Assembly (NCBI GenBank): GCA_041586955.1
Contig: JBFGZE010000043.1
Location: 1 to 26,266, forward strand
Length of the DNA: 26,266 bases
DNA from: Bacteriovoracaceae bacterium
Lineage (GTDB): Bacteria > Bdellovibrionota > Bacteriovoracia > Bacteriovoracales > Bacteriovoracaceae
Direction: 5' to 3'
Position numbers and translations under genes: made by a program
Shown here: in pieces, positions 16,257-25,004 of the stretch
Layout of the letters: each line of letters starts with the position of its first letter
How positions within the stretch are numbered: position 1 is the first letter of the stretch
Notes under the pieces: model-generated
The model's database searches: none
Told to the model about the DNA's origin: nothing
The model's input: only the letters and a program-made list of their open reading frames with translations

Positions 16257-17291
16257 ATGGAAGAAGAATATGTTTGGTTTGCCATTGGTATGTGTATCAT
16301 TTTGTCAGGGATATTTTCGGGCCTTAATATTGGACTTTTTGGCCTGGCGCGATTAAGGCTCGAGAGTGAAGCCGGAACAGGTAATCAATTGGCCCAGAAT
16401 GTATTAAAAATGAGGAAGGATTCAAACTTTCTATTAACGACTTTGCTGTGGGGAAATGTTTCAGTAAATACTATGTTGGCGCTTCTTACTGAGTCCGTTC
16501 TATCGGGAGTCGGAGCGTTTTTTTTTAGTACATTTTTTATAACATTTTTTGGCGAAATAATTCCACAAGCATGGTTTTCACGAAACGCTCTCCTCGTTGG
16601 TAGTGCTCTTCGGCCCCTCGTTAGAGTGTTTCAATTTGTCCTATATCCACTCGCTAAACCATCGGCGTTAATGCTGGACAAGTGGCTTGGAAAAGAAGGG
16701 CTACATTTTTTTTCAGAAGAGACTTTAAAAATTTTACTGGAAAAACATATTGATGCTTCTGAATCCGACATAGAGAGGTTTGAAGGTGTCGGTGCACTAA
16801 ATTTTCTAAATATGGATGATTTGAATATTGCCGAAGAAGGTGAATTATTGCATGCGAAAAGCATATTGAAAATTGATCTTGATTTAGATTTGCCGAATAT
16901 ACCAGAAAAAACCGATGATAGCTTTAATGATTTTTTTATGAAGTTGGTACATTGTCCGGTAAAGTGGGCAGTTTTTCTAAATGAAGAAAATTTTCCAGTA
17001 ATGGTATTAAATACTGATGCTTATATAAAGTCATTTTATTCTAAAACGTTAAATAATCGCTTTCAACATTGCCACAGACCAATTGTTTTTGAGTGTGATA
17101 AGGCCAAACTTGCTGATATCGCATATAAATTTAAAGTTGAATCACATCATACTGAAGATGATGTAATTGATTATGATATCGTTATTCTATGGTCAAAAAA
17201 TTATAAAAAAATAATAACCGGGACTGATATATTGGGGAGACTTTTTAGGGGACTTGCTGAGAATAAACCTAAAGTAAAAAAAGATGAATAG
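16257..17291 (+). CDS. CNNM/DUF21 (CorB-like) membrane protein with a divergent C-terminal domain
   Basis: SGIFSGLN.GLF.L, NFLLTTLLWGNV.VN, FGEIIPQA, LYPLAKP.A..LD..LG.E. Confidence 0.85.
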   Translation: MEEEYVWFAIGMCIILSGIFSGLNIGLFGLARLRLESEAGTGNQLAQNVLKMRKDSNFLLTTLLWGNVSVNTMLALLTESVLSGVGAFFFSTFFITFFGEIIPQAWFSRNALLVGSALRPLVRVFQFVLYPLAKPSALMLDKWLGKEGLHFFSEETLKILLEKHIDASESDIERFEGVGALNFLNMDDLNIAEEGELLHAKSILKIDLDLDLPNIPEKTDDSFNDFFMKLVHCPVKWAVFLNEENFPVMVLNTDAYIKSFYSKTLNNRFQHCHRPIVFECDKAKLADIAYKFKVESHHTEDDVIDYDIVILWSKNYKKIITGTDILGRLFRGLAENKPKVKKDE

Positions 17292-17595
17292 CTTATATAG
17301 TAAAAATGGGACTACGAAAATGTCACACTTCTACAAAGTGCTCACATACTTTATTGGACTGTTATTGTTTTTAGCTCCTTTTTTTAATGGACAAAAAATT
17401 TTAGACATCTATGATATTTTCCAAGTTGATTGGTGCTTTTTATTATTATTTGGTACTGGGATCAATTTATTGGCCATTTCATTTGCTTTGGCCTGTCGTT
17501 CGGCATTTATGTTTACTGTCGCTACGCTTCCGAACGCCATAGTGATCGGGACACCAAAAGTAGCAAAGCTAACTAACGATAATTCTGAGGGGTAA
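17284..17595 (+). pseudogene. Collapsed DASS/SLC13 sodium:anion symporter remnant, still an open 103-codon frame
   Basis: Contains VDWCFLLLFG (compare IDWGVLLLFGGG) and AFMFTVATLPNAIVIGT (compare CAFMLPVATPPNAIVFGS). These motifs normally lie far apart in a protein of roughly 450-500 aa. Confidence 0.65.
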
Positions 17596-17597
17596 AA

Positions 17598-18443
17598 ATG
17601 TATAATACAAATAATATAGTAGTTGACTATTTGAGTATAGTTTCAGCATTGAAAAATAATTTTTTAGAGTTTGTTCCCAATTTTTTATCTGGGCTTATCA
17701 TTTTAGTTTTAGGACTATTTTTTGCCTACATTATTAAATGGCTAAGTCAGAGGTTGGTTCACTGGTTATTTTTAATCGTTCCACCAAGAATTGCTAAAAA
17801 ATCAGTTGTAAAAACAAATCTCAATTCTATTTCCGTTGGTACGGGGAGAATTCTATTTGTGTTAATTACTTTTCTCTCTTTAACATCCAGTATGGATAAA
17901 ATGGGTTTTAAGGTATTGTCAGGCTGGTTACAAAACTTAGCAAAGTATGCTCCAAATATTGTAGGAGCAATTTTTATTTTATTCCTTGGATGGAATGTTA
18001 AAAAATTACTATCTGAGTTTCTTCAGAAGGCCATGGGCAAAGTTGGGATTACACATGCCTATATCGCATCGGAAACGCTCTCTTGGGCCATCTTTGCGAT
18101 AAGTATTTTTGTTTCAATGAATCAAATAGGAATTGAGCTAGATTTCTTATCGACCTTTATTTCAGTACTAATCGCCATTCCACTCAGTGGGGTCTCCTTA
18201 GCATTTGCTTTAGGTGCTAAAGAGTCTATTACCGATATTTTAGCTTGCCATCATGTGAGTAAAATTCTTTCTTTAGATGATTGTATATTGATTGAAAACA
18301 AAAAGGGGATCATTCGCGAAATCGGGCCGGTCTTTATAACCTTTGAATGTGAAAGTGATATTATTTCCATCTCAGGTAATGAATTTATAAAAAAAATGAC
18401 AATTCACAAGAAAGGGGTAAGGGATGGACAAGGTCAAATTTAA
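17598..18443 (+). CDS. MscS-like/CmpX-type small mechanosensitive channel family protein
   Basis: Two TM-helix repeats (FVPNFLSGLIILVLG, YAPNIVGAIFILFLG), SLAFALGAKE.I.DILA and a beta domain (D.I.I....G.I.EIG). Confidence 0.8.
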   Translation: MYNTNNIVVDYLSIVSALKNNFLEFVPNFLSGLIILVLGLFFAYIIKWLSQRLVHWLFLIVPPRIAKKSVVKTNLNSISVGTGRILFVLITFLSLTSSMDKMGFKVLSGWLQNLAKYAPNIVGAIFILFLGWNVKKLLSEFLQKAMGKVGITHAYIASETLSWAIFAISIFVSMNQIGIELDFLSTFISVLIAIPLSGVSLAFALGAKESITDILACHHVSKILSLDDCILIENKKGIIREIGPVFITFECESDIISISGNEFIKKMTIHKKGVRDGQGQI

Positions 18444-19290
18444 GATGATTGAATCTTATTTAGATAATTTCCCAGAGGATGCCTCTGCTGTTATCGTAAA
18501 ATATCCGGTAGAAGATATAGCGCTCATAATCCAAACTTTTAGTTCTAATAAACTGGTTCCTTTATTGAATGTGCTACCAGAATTCCTTCTTGCGGAAGCA
18601 ATTAAAAAAATAGATAACGAAAAAATTATACCTCTATTAAATCTTATGCAAAGCAACTTAGTGTCAAGAGTGTTGCGGAAATGGCGTGATGGAGGGGACG
18701 AAGAGAAATATAAAGAGGTGTTTCGTTCTTTGAATCGTGATGTTCAAAATAGAATTATGAAATTACTCGCTTATAGCAAGGATTCTGTTGGTTTCATGAT
18801 GAACCCCACACCCTTGGCCGTCTCTCCTGATCTTACGATTAAAGAGGTACTAATTATTTTAGGGAAAGAAAAAAACCGTTATAGTCGATATATTTACGTC
18901 GTTGATTCTGACAAAAAATTGATTGGAGTACTTCCATTTAAGGATGCTTTTTATTCTACTAAAAAAGATGAGTTGATTTCCAAAAGTATGGCGACAGATG
19001 TTTTCTCAATTTCTCCTATAACTAAAGCATCTACCATTTATACGGACAAAGTATGGTCAAAATGGGATTCATTACCTGTGGTAGATCATAATGGAGTTTT
19101 ACTAGGGGTTTTGAAGTATGAAGTTTTAGAAGAATATTACTCTGAATACTTGACGAGGGGGAAATCTGATTCCGTTATTATTGCCGGGGAGGCATTTGCT
19201 GATTTGATAAAAATTGGTTTCAAAGGGGCGGCTTCATTGACAACTGCAATTTTATCGCCAGGAGTAGACAATGAAAAAAATGGAAAATGA
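18424..19290 (+). CDS. MgtE-like cytosolic protein (MgtE_N plus CBS pair, no TM domain)
   Basis: Helical N-domain, Y..DSVG.MM, YIYVVD..KKLIGVL, LPVVD..G.LLG. Confidence 0.82.
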   Translation: MDKVKFKMIESYLDNFPEDASAVIVKYPVEDIALIIQTFSSNKLVPLLNVLPEFLLAEAIKKIDNEKIIPLLNLMQSNLVSRVLRKWRDGGDEEKYKEVFRSLNRDVQNRIMKLLAYSKDSVGFMMNPTPLAVSPDLTIKEVLIILGKEKNRYSRYIYVVDSDKKLIGVLPFKDAFYSTKKDELISKSMATDVFSISPITKASTIYTDKVWSKWDSLPVVDHNGVLLGVLKYEVLEEYYSEYLTRGKSDSVIIAGEAFADLIKIGFKGAASLTTAILSPGVDNEKNGK

Positions 19291-20575
19291 GTTATTAATT
19301 CAGTTTATAAACTCTTACCCTGAGCATTCCACAAATATGCTATCGAGCTTCACAGTGGATGAAATCGTGAATTTATTGTTAGAGCTTCCAATAAAATTAG
19401 TGGCCTTGATCCTCAATCGACTTAATCCGATAATTTCTGCCAATGCATTAATTTCACTTCCGGATGATAAGTTTTTTAAATTATATGGCTTGTTAGACCC
19501 TGTTAAAGCTGCACACCTATTTTCATTGGTAGAGAAAGAAGACAGGGATAAAAAGATTAGTTTACTGTCAGCTCACGATCAAAAGGACATAGAGGAATTA
19601 TTAATCTATCCTATAGACTCCGCAGGATCATTAATGGACTCATCTATTAGGACCTGTAATGTCAATGAAACTGTTAAAAATGTAATCGCGAGTTATAAAA
19701 AAACTCAATCACCATCACGTGATATCTTTGTCATTGATTTGGAAGGACGGTTGGTGGGGTATCTTCCTGTTTATGAGCTTTTAAGTGCAGATGGGTCTGA
19801 CGTTATTGAATCAATAATGCATAAATCGCCCCCTTTTGTGAATGCTTTATCTCCAAAGTCTGAAGTCGTGGAGGTTTTTGAAACTTTTAAATCAACAATT
19901 CTCCCCGTTACGCATGTTGATGGTACTTTGCTTGGAGCAATACGATATTCAAGTCTCGTTACTGAAATGCAAAACCAGGTACTCACCAGAATGGCCACTC
20001 TCGGTGGAGCAAGCCCCTCTGAAAAGGCCTTATCTCCACCATTTTTTTCAGTTGGAAAAAGGCTACCTTGGTTACTTATTAATTTAGTGACAGCTTTTAT
20101 CGCTTCTGCTGTTGTCGGTGTATTTGAGGGAACAATCGCTAAAGTAACTGCTCTCGCGGTGCTCTTGCCAGTTGTTGCGGGGCAGTCTGGCAATACAGGA
20201 GCGCAGGCCATGGCCGTTACAATGCGAGGCCTCGCCTTAAGAGAGGTACGAGTGAAACAATGGCTAAAAGTTTTATTCAAAGAAGTCCGTGTTGGATTTA
20301 TCAATGGAGTGGTTGTTGCTGTTGTTACAGGAGCGTCTGTTTATTTTTGGAGTAAAAGCTTTTCATTAGGATTAGTTATGACTGTTGCCATGATATTTTC
20401 GATGGTGATTGCATCCTTGTCAGGAGCGGCCATTCCAATATTGCTAACATCACTGGGAAGGGATCCCGCTCAATCTTCCTCAGTCATATTAACTACAGTA
20501 ACCGATGTTATGGGCTTTTTAAGTTTTTTAGGCCTAGCGACATTATTTATCTCTTTTTTGAATGTTACAAATTAG
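19271..20575 (+). CDS. mgtE: Magnesium transporter MgtE
   Basis: YP.DSAG.LM, CBS pair, KRLPWL.INL, PVVAG.SGNTGAQ, DPA.SS...LTT.TD (conserved Mg-binding Asp). Confidence 0.92.
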   Translation: MKKMENELLIQFINSYPEHSTNMLSSFTVDEIVNLLLELPIKLVALILNRLNPIISANALISLPDDKFFKLYGLLDPVKAAHLFSLVEKEDRDKKISLLSAHDQKDIEELLIYPIDSAGSLMDSSIRTCNVNETVKNVIASYKKTQSPSRDIFVIDLEGRLVGYLPVYELLSADGSDVIESIMHKSPPFVNALSPKSEVVEVFETFKSTILPVTHVDGTLLGAIRYSSLVTEMQNQVLTRMATLGGASPSEKALSPPFFSVGKRLPWLLINLVTAFIASAVVGVFEGTIAKVTALAVLLPVVAGQSGNTGAQAMAVTMRGLALREVRVKQWLKVLFKEVRVGFINGVVVAVVTGASVYFWSKSFSLGLVMTVAMIFSMVIASLSGAAIPILLTSLGRDPAQSSSVILTTVTDVMGFLSFLGLATLFISFLNVTN

Positions 20576-20691
20576 TGTATTTGGAATTTTCGGATTTTTA
20601 CGAGACCACATAGCTTAAAGAATTGAAAACAAAGTTTTTCTAAAATAACAACCAAAGAGAAGAAAGATGCGCTAAGCAATGGTCTATTTTA

Positions 20692-22107
20692 TTACTTTAA
20701 AAAATTAGTTGGATTAAGCGGTTTTATTTCCTTCTTATTCTTTTTATGTTTAAAAAATCCTAACGTTCCGATTTCAGATTTGAGCTTGTAGACTTCTGAG
20801 TCGTCGTTCAGAATTGAGATTAGGTGGCTTAAGGACTTGATCGCTGTTCCGTTTATTGTCTCTAGGACCTCTCCTGGTGCCCATTCCTGCGCATATGCAA
20901 GTCCCTCTTTTTCAACATGCGTGACGATGATTCTTTCTTTGTTGCCATCATAGTTTTTAAGTATTTGGTAAAATGAATATATGTCAACTGCATTAAACGA
21001 TTCTAATATCTCAAACGAGAGTACTTGAATAGTCATGCCCCAAACATCTATAAACTCCCTTTCACTAATAATGGGTTTTTCACTAATTCTTTTTTTTATA
21101 TTAGATGATGAGATACCCGTGAGATTTAGGATTTGACCTTCTCTCCAAACTTCAAGGGTGACAGGTTCTCCAATCGGAATTAGTTTAAATGCATCAAATA
21201 TATTTCTTCTATGGTACTGCTCTTCAGTTATAAAAATTCCATGCCTATCAATAGGCATAGAGTTAAGGGATAATATCACATCTTCTGGGCGAACCTTTGC
21301 CGAATCAAGAAATCCGTTATTATCAATGGAACTCACAATAATTCCCCTGCTTTCTGTCATTCCCAGGCCCTTGGAAACGTGCTTAGAATTTTTTTGAAAG
21401 TTGCCAGCGATATCGGAAAAACATGTTGAGTTATTTTCAAATATATTTTTTAAGATAATATCGATAAACATGAAAGGCGTAATGAAACCGATATTATCCG
21501 CTTCTTGATATATAGATGTATTGATCCCTACAACGAGCCCGTCTTTGTCGATTGCTGGGCCACCTGAATTACCGGGGTTTATTGCTGCATCTGTTACATA
21601 CTTCTCTGCTGACACCCTATTTCCTGAAACAAAATTAGTGATTTCCCCTCCTGTAATATTGGGCTCACTCATTCCCATAGGATAACCAATCGCTTTGATT
21701 TCTGTACCTCTGGTAATATCCATGTTTTCTCTAAGTGAAAGATAGGGGATTTCTCTTTTGGCAACAGACTTAAATCGTTTAAGTTCACCGTCTTTCAGCT
21801 TAAGGATTGCAATATCAGGTTCTAAATTTTTAACAAGGCCAATCAGTTCGACTTGAAATGTTTCTTCGGAAGTAAGCATGGTCATTATTTCAAGGGACTT
21901 CGAATTTTTTGCAACATGGGCATTTGTAATTATTATGTCTTCGCCATATTTACTTTTAATAAAAAAACCAGAGCCCGACCAGTCCTTTAAATCCCCTAAT
22001 CTTGGATTGAGGATTGATCTGACCTCTTCTCCAGCATAACCTTCGGCAAAGATTTGAACCACGGCCCCCATTTTAATACGAGTTAGATCTGTAAATGTAT
22101 GTTTCAT
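20692..22107 (-). CDS. HtrA/DegP-like trypsin serine protease with PDZ domains and no signal peptide
   Basis: GSGF, ITNAHV (His), DIAILK (Asp), AIGYPMG, TDAAINPGNSGGP (Ser); PDZ-like GIIVSSI...EDVILSLN and a second PDZ-like region. Confidence 0.88.
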   Translation of the reverse strand: MKHTFTDLTRIKMGAVVQIFAEGYAGEEVRSILNPRLGDLKDWSGSGFFIKSKYGEDIIITNAHVAKNSKSLEIMTMLTSEETFQVELIGLVKNLEPDIAILKLKDGELKRFKSVAKREIPYLSLRENMDITRGTEIKAIGYPMGMSEPNITGGEITNFVSGNRVSAEKYVTDAAINPGNSGGPAIDKDGLVVGINTSIYQEADNIGFITPFMFIDIILKNIFENNSTCFSDIAGNFQKNSKHVSKGLGMTESRGIIVSSIDNNGFLDSAKVRPEDVILSLNSMPIDRHGIFITEEQYHRRNIFDAFKLIPIGEPVTLEVWREGQILNLTGISSSNIKKRISEKPIISEREFIDVWGMTIQVLSFEILESFNAVDIYSFYQILKNYDGNKERIIVTHVEKEGLAYAQEWAPGEVLETINGTAIKSLSHLISILNDDSEVYKLKSEIGTLGFFKHKKNKKEIKPLNPTNFLK

Positions 22108-22115
22108 AATGGATC

Positions 22116-24797
22116 CTATGCTTTTATTCCAAGGTTAAATTTAGATAATATTAAAATAATTAGAAAAGGAGCGATTGATGCTGATAAAACAATGCCCCAT
22201 TGGTGTGCGTTTATATCAACTAAAGTTAATAATGACCTCGAGGTTGCGACTTTTACTGAACCTATTAATAGGAATATGCAAAGGAAGACAGCTCCCCATA
22301 CATGGATGTTTTTTGTAATATCGTTAATAAAAAGTGAAGAATGCGATAGCCTCATATTGAAAACATGGAAAACCTGAGCAAATCCAAGACTAAGAAAGGA
22401 GATTGTTAGGGCAATATGCTCATTTTGGGTAGTTTTTAGTGTATAGAAAAAAGCTGTGAGTACACATAAAGTGATAATAGCTCCATATAAAGTGATAAGC
22501 CCCCACTTTCTTTTTGTAATGATATCATCATGTCTTTGTCGCGGTGGGATTTTTAAATAAGTGTCATCTCCTTCACCCATGCCTAAGGCAAGGGCAGGAA
22601 AAACATCTGTCACTAAATTAAGAAACAGAATTTGAAGAGGCATTAGGGGAAGTGGAGCGTTGACGATCGCCGCGATTGATATGATTAGAATCTCACTAAT
22701 ATTACAAGAAAGTAAATAAACAACAAAACGCTGGATATTACTATAGATGATCCTTCCTTGCTTTATCGCGGACACAATTGAGCGAAATAAATCATCTTGC
22801 AAAACCATGTCTGCGGCCTCTTTGGCGACTTGAGTTCCTCTAAGGCCCATGGCAATTCCGATATCTGCTTTTTTTAGAGCAGGGGCGTCATTAACACCAT
22901 CCCCCGTCATAGCAACAACTTGATTGTGCGATTGAAAGTATTGAACAAGTGAAAATTTTTGTTGGGGGGTGACTCTGCAAAATATTCTTGTTTTTAATAT
23001 TTTATTTTTGAGATCATCAGTCCAATCGTCTGATTTGGGTAAATCTTTTCCATGAATAACGCTCATCGTCTCTTCTTTGATGAGACCGATATCTTTACCG
23101 ATTTTGATAGCTGTACCTTCTTGATCTCCTGTTACCATAATAGTGGTAATTCCTGCTTGAGTGCAGCTTTCAATTGCCTCTTTAATATCCTTTCTTGCGG
23201 GATCAAGTAATCCAACGAGGCCGCTTAGAATTAATTCTTCATAGGCGCCTTCGTCGCAGTCCGTTATTGTTTTAAATGCTAGGCCCAATACTCTTAATCC
23301 ATCTTTTGACATTTTTTGATTGTGGGTTATCCATTTTTCTTTATCTTGAACCGTTAATTCGACCTTTTTACCTTCCTTAATTTTATAGACGCACTTTTGG
23401 ATAATGACTTCAGGTGCTCCTTTGACTGCAACCCAAGAAGAGTGTTCTGTGCTATGATAGGTCGCCATCATTAATGTCTCAGAATCAAAAGCGACTTCTT
23501 TTAATTCTGGATTGTCTTTTTTAACTTGGTTGAAATCAATTCCTAATTTTTGTGCAACAGAAATGAGCGCCACTTCCATTGGGTCACCTATAAATTGATC
23601 CACCTCATTTTCCTTTAAAGAGGAATTATTGCAAAGTATTCCGATATCAATACAACGCCTAAGATACTGGTCAGGTTGTTCTTTAACAGGTGTATCTAAG
23701 TCAAAATATTGAGTATCAGTTTGATATGAGCGAACAGTCATCTTATTTTCAGTTAAAGTCCCTGTTTTATCAGAAAATATGATAGAAGTTGCACCAAGGG
23801 TCTCAACAGCAGCAAGCTTTTTAATGAGGGCATTTTTCTTGGCCATTCGCCACATTCCTTTGGCGAGTGCTAGGGTCGCAACAATGGGAAGGCCTTCTGG
23901 GATTGTTGCGACTGCCAAAGCAATTGCTGTTTCAATCATTAGTTTTAAATCTTTACCTGAAACGATTCCGGACCCTGCAACAATAATTGCGATAACGATC
24001 GAAACCCAAATCAATTGTTGACCCGGGTGGTCAAGTCTCTTTTCAAGGGGAGTTAAGTCATCAGTAGCATCTTGAGTGACTTTTACAATTTTACCAACTT
24101 CAGTTTGCATGCCCGTTGCAATAACGAGGCCCTTTCCGGTGCCTCGGGTAATAGCAGTTCCTTTAAAAAGGATATTTCCCCTTTCTGCGAGTATTTTATC
24201 CTCGAAAAAACATTCTATATTTTTCTCGGTGGGAATAGACTCGCCTGTTAAAATGGATTCATCTGCAGCTACTTTTGAAGCTTCAATGAGCCTAAGATCT
24301 GCTGTAATTATGTCACCAGCTTCAAAAAGAACGATGTCTCCCGGAACAATCTGGCCGGCATTTAAAACCTTGGCCGCACCATCTCTTAAAACTGTTGTTG
24401 AAGTGAGGCCCATTTTTTTTAAAGCTTCCATTGAGCGTACAGCTTTTAACTCAGTAAGAAATCCTATAATCGTGTTGACGATCAAAACGGCAATAACAGC
24501 AAACCCCTCGATTAAGTGACCCATGAAAAAGGAGACTATACCGGCGGTAACAAGAAGCAGGACAATTACGCTCTTAAGTTGCCGAATTAAGATTTCAAAC
24601 GTTGTGACCTGTTGCGCTGCGCTGATCATGTTCGGGCCCGTTTCTCTAAGCCTAGAATTTGCTTCAGTGGAGCTTAGACCCTGCTTTTGGTCTGAATTAA
24701 GAATTTCGAGAGACTTTTCTACCTGATATTTTGAAAAAATTAATGAGTGTTCCATTGTGTACAGCGCTTTCGATTTTAATAATTTTTCACGAAACAT
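22116..24797 (-). CDS. Cation-transporting P-type ATPase (type II, Ca2+-ATPase-like); the start may be 24755
   Basis: GLS..EA..RL...GPN, DESILTGES, IPEGLP, DKTGTLT, KGAPE, DPAR, MVTGD, MTGDGVNDAPALK, QILFLNLVTD. Confidence 0.95.
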   Translation of the reverse strand: MFREKLLKSKALYTMEHSLIFSKYQVEKSLEILNSDQKQGLSSTEANSRLRETGPNMISAAQQVTTFEILIRQLKSVIVLLLVTAGIVSFFMGHLIEGFAVIAVLIVNTIIGFLTELKAVRSMEALKKMGLTSTTVLRDGAAKVLNAGQIVPGDIVLFEAGDIITADLRLIEASKVAADESILTGESIPTEKNIECFFEDKILAERGNILFKGTAITRGTGKGLVIATGMQTEVGKIVKVTQDATDDLTPLEKRLDHPGQQLIWVSIVIAIIVAGSGIVSGKDLKLMIETAIALAVATIPEGLPIVATLALAKGMWRMAKKNALIKKLAAVETLGATSIIFSDKTGTLTENKMTVRSYQTDTQYFDLDTPVKEQPDQYLRRCIDIGILCNNSSLKENEVDQFIGDPMEVALISVAQKLGIDFNQVKKDNPELKEVAFDSETLMMATYHSTEHSSWVAVKGAPEVIIQKCVYKIKEGKKVELTVQDKEKWITHNQKMSKDGLRVLGLAFKTITDCDEGAYEELILSGLVGLLDPARKDIKEAIESCTQAGITTIMVTGDQEGTAIKIGKDIGLIKEETMSVIHGKDLPKSDDWTDDLKNKILKTRIFCRVTPQQKFSLVQYFQSHNQVVAMTGDGVNDAPALKKADIGIAMGLRGTQVAKEAADMVLQDDLFRSIVSAIKQGRIIYSNIQRFVVYLLSCNISEILIISIAAIVNAPLPLMPLQILFLNLVTDVFPALALGMGEGDDTYLKIPPRQRHDDIITKRKWGLITLYGAIITLCVLTAFFYTLKTTQNEHIALTISFLSLGFAQVFHVFNMRLSHSSLFINDITKNIHVWGAVFLCIFLLIGSVKVATSRSLLTLVDINAHQWGIVLSASIAPFLIILILSKFNLGIKA

Positions 24798-25004
24798 ACG
24801 TAACAGAATTATATTGTGTTTGGTAGTTATTAGTTGTAATTACACTTGATTTTTACCTATTATATTTAGAGGAGATCACCGCAGAGTTTAGTGGTTCTAG
24901 ATTGGTTAGAGAAAATTTCCTGTTCACAAATTAGCGCAGCATTAGAAAGTCAAACTTTGCCGGGCGCGAATGAGCAAAGTCCGGGTAAGGAAAAGAAGGT
25001 TGAA

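Noticed and set aside
20572..20604. Near-matches to the operator (TTAG-N7-GGAA and TTCG-N8-CGAG); also TTAT-N7-CGAA at 8443-8457
   Set aside because: They are mismatched or wrongly spaced and lie between convergent gene ends, so they may be chance.
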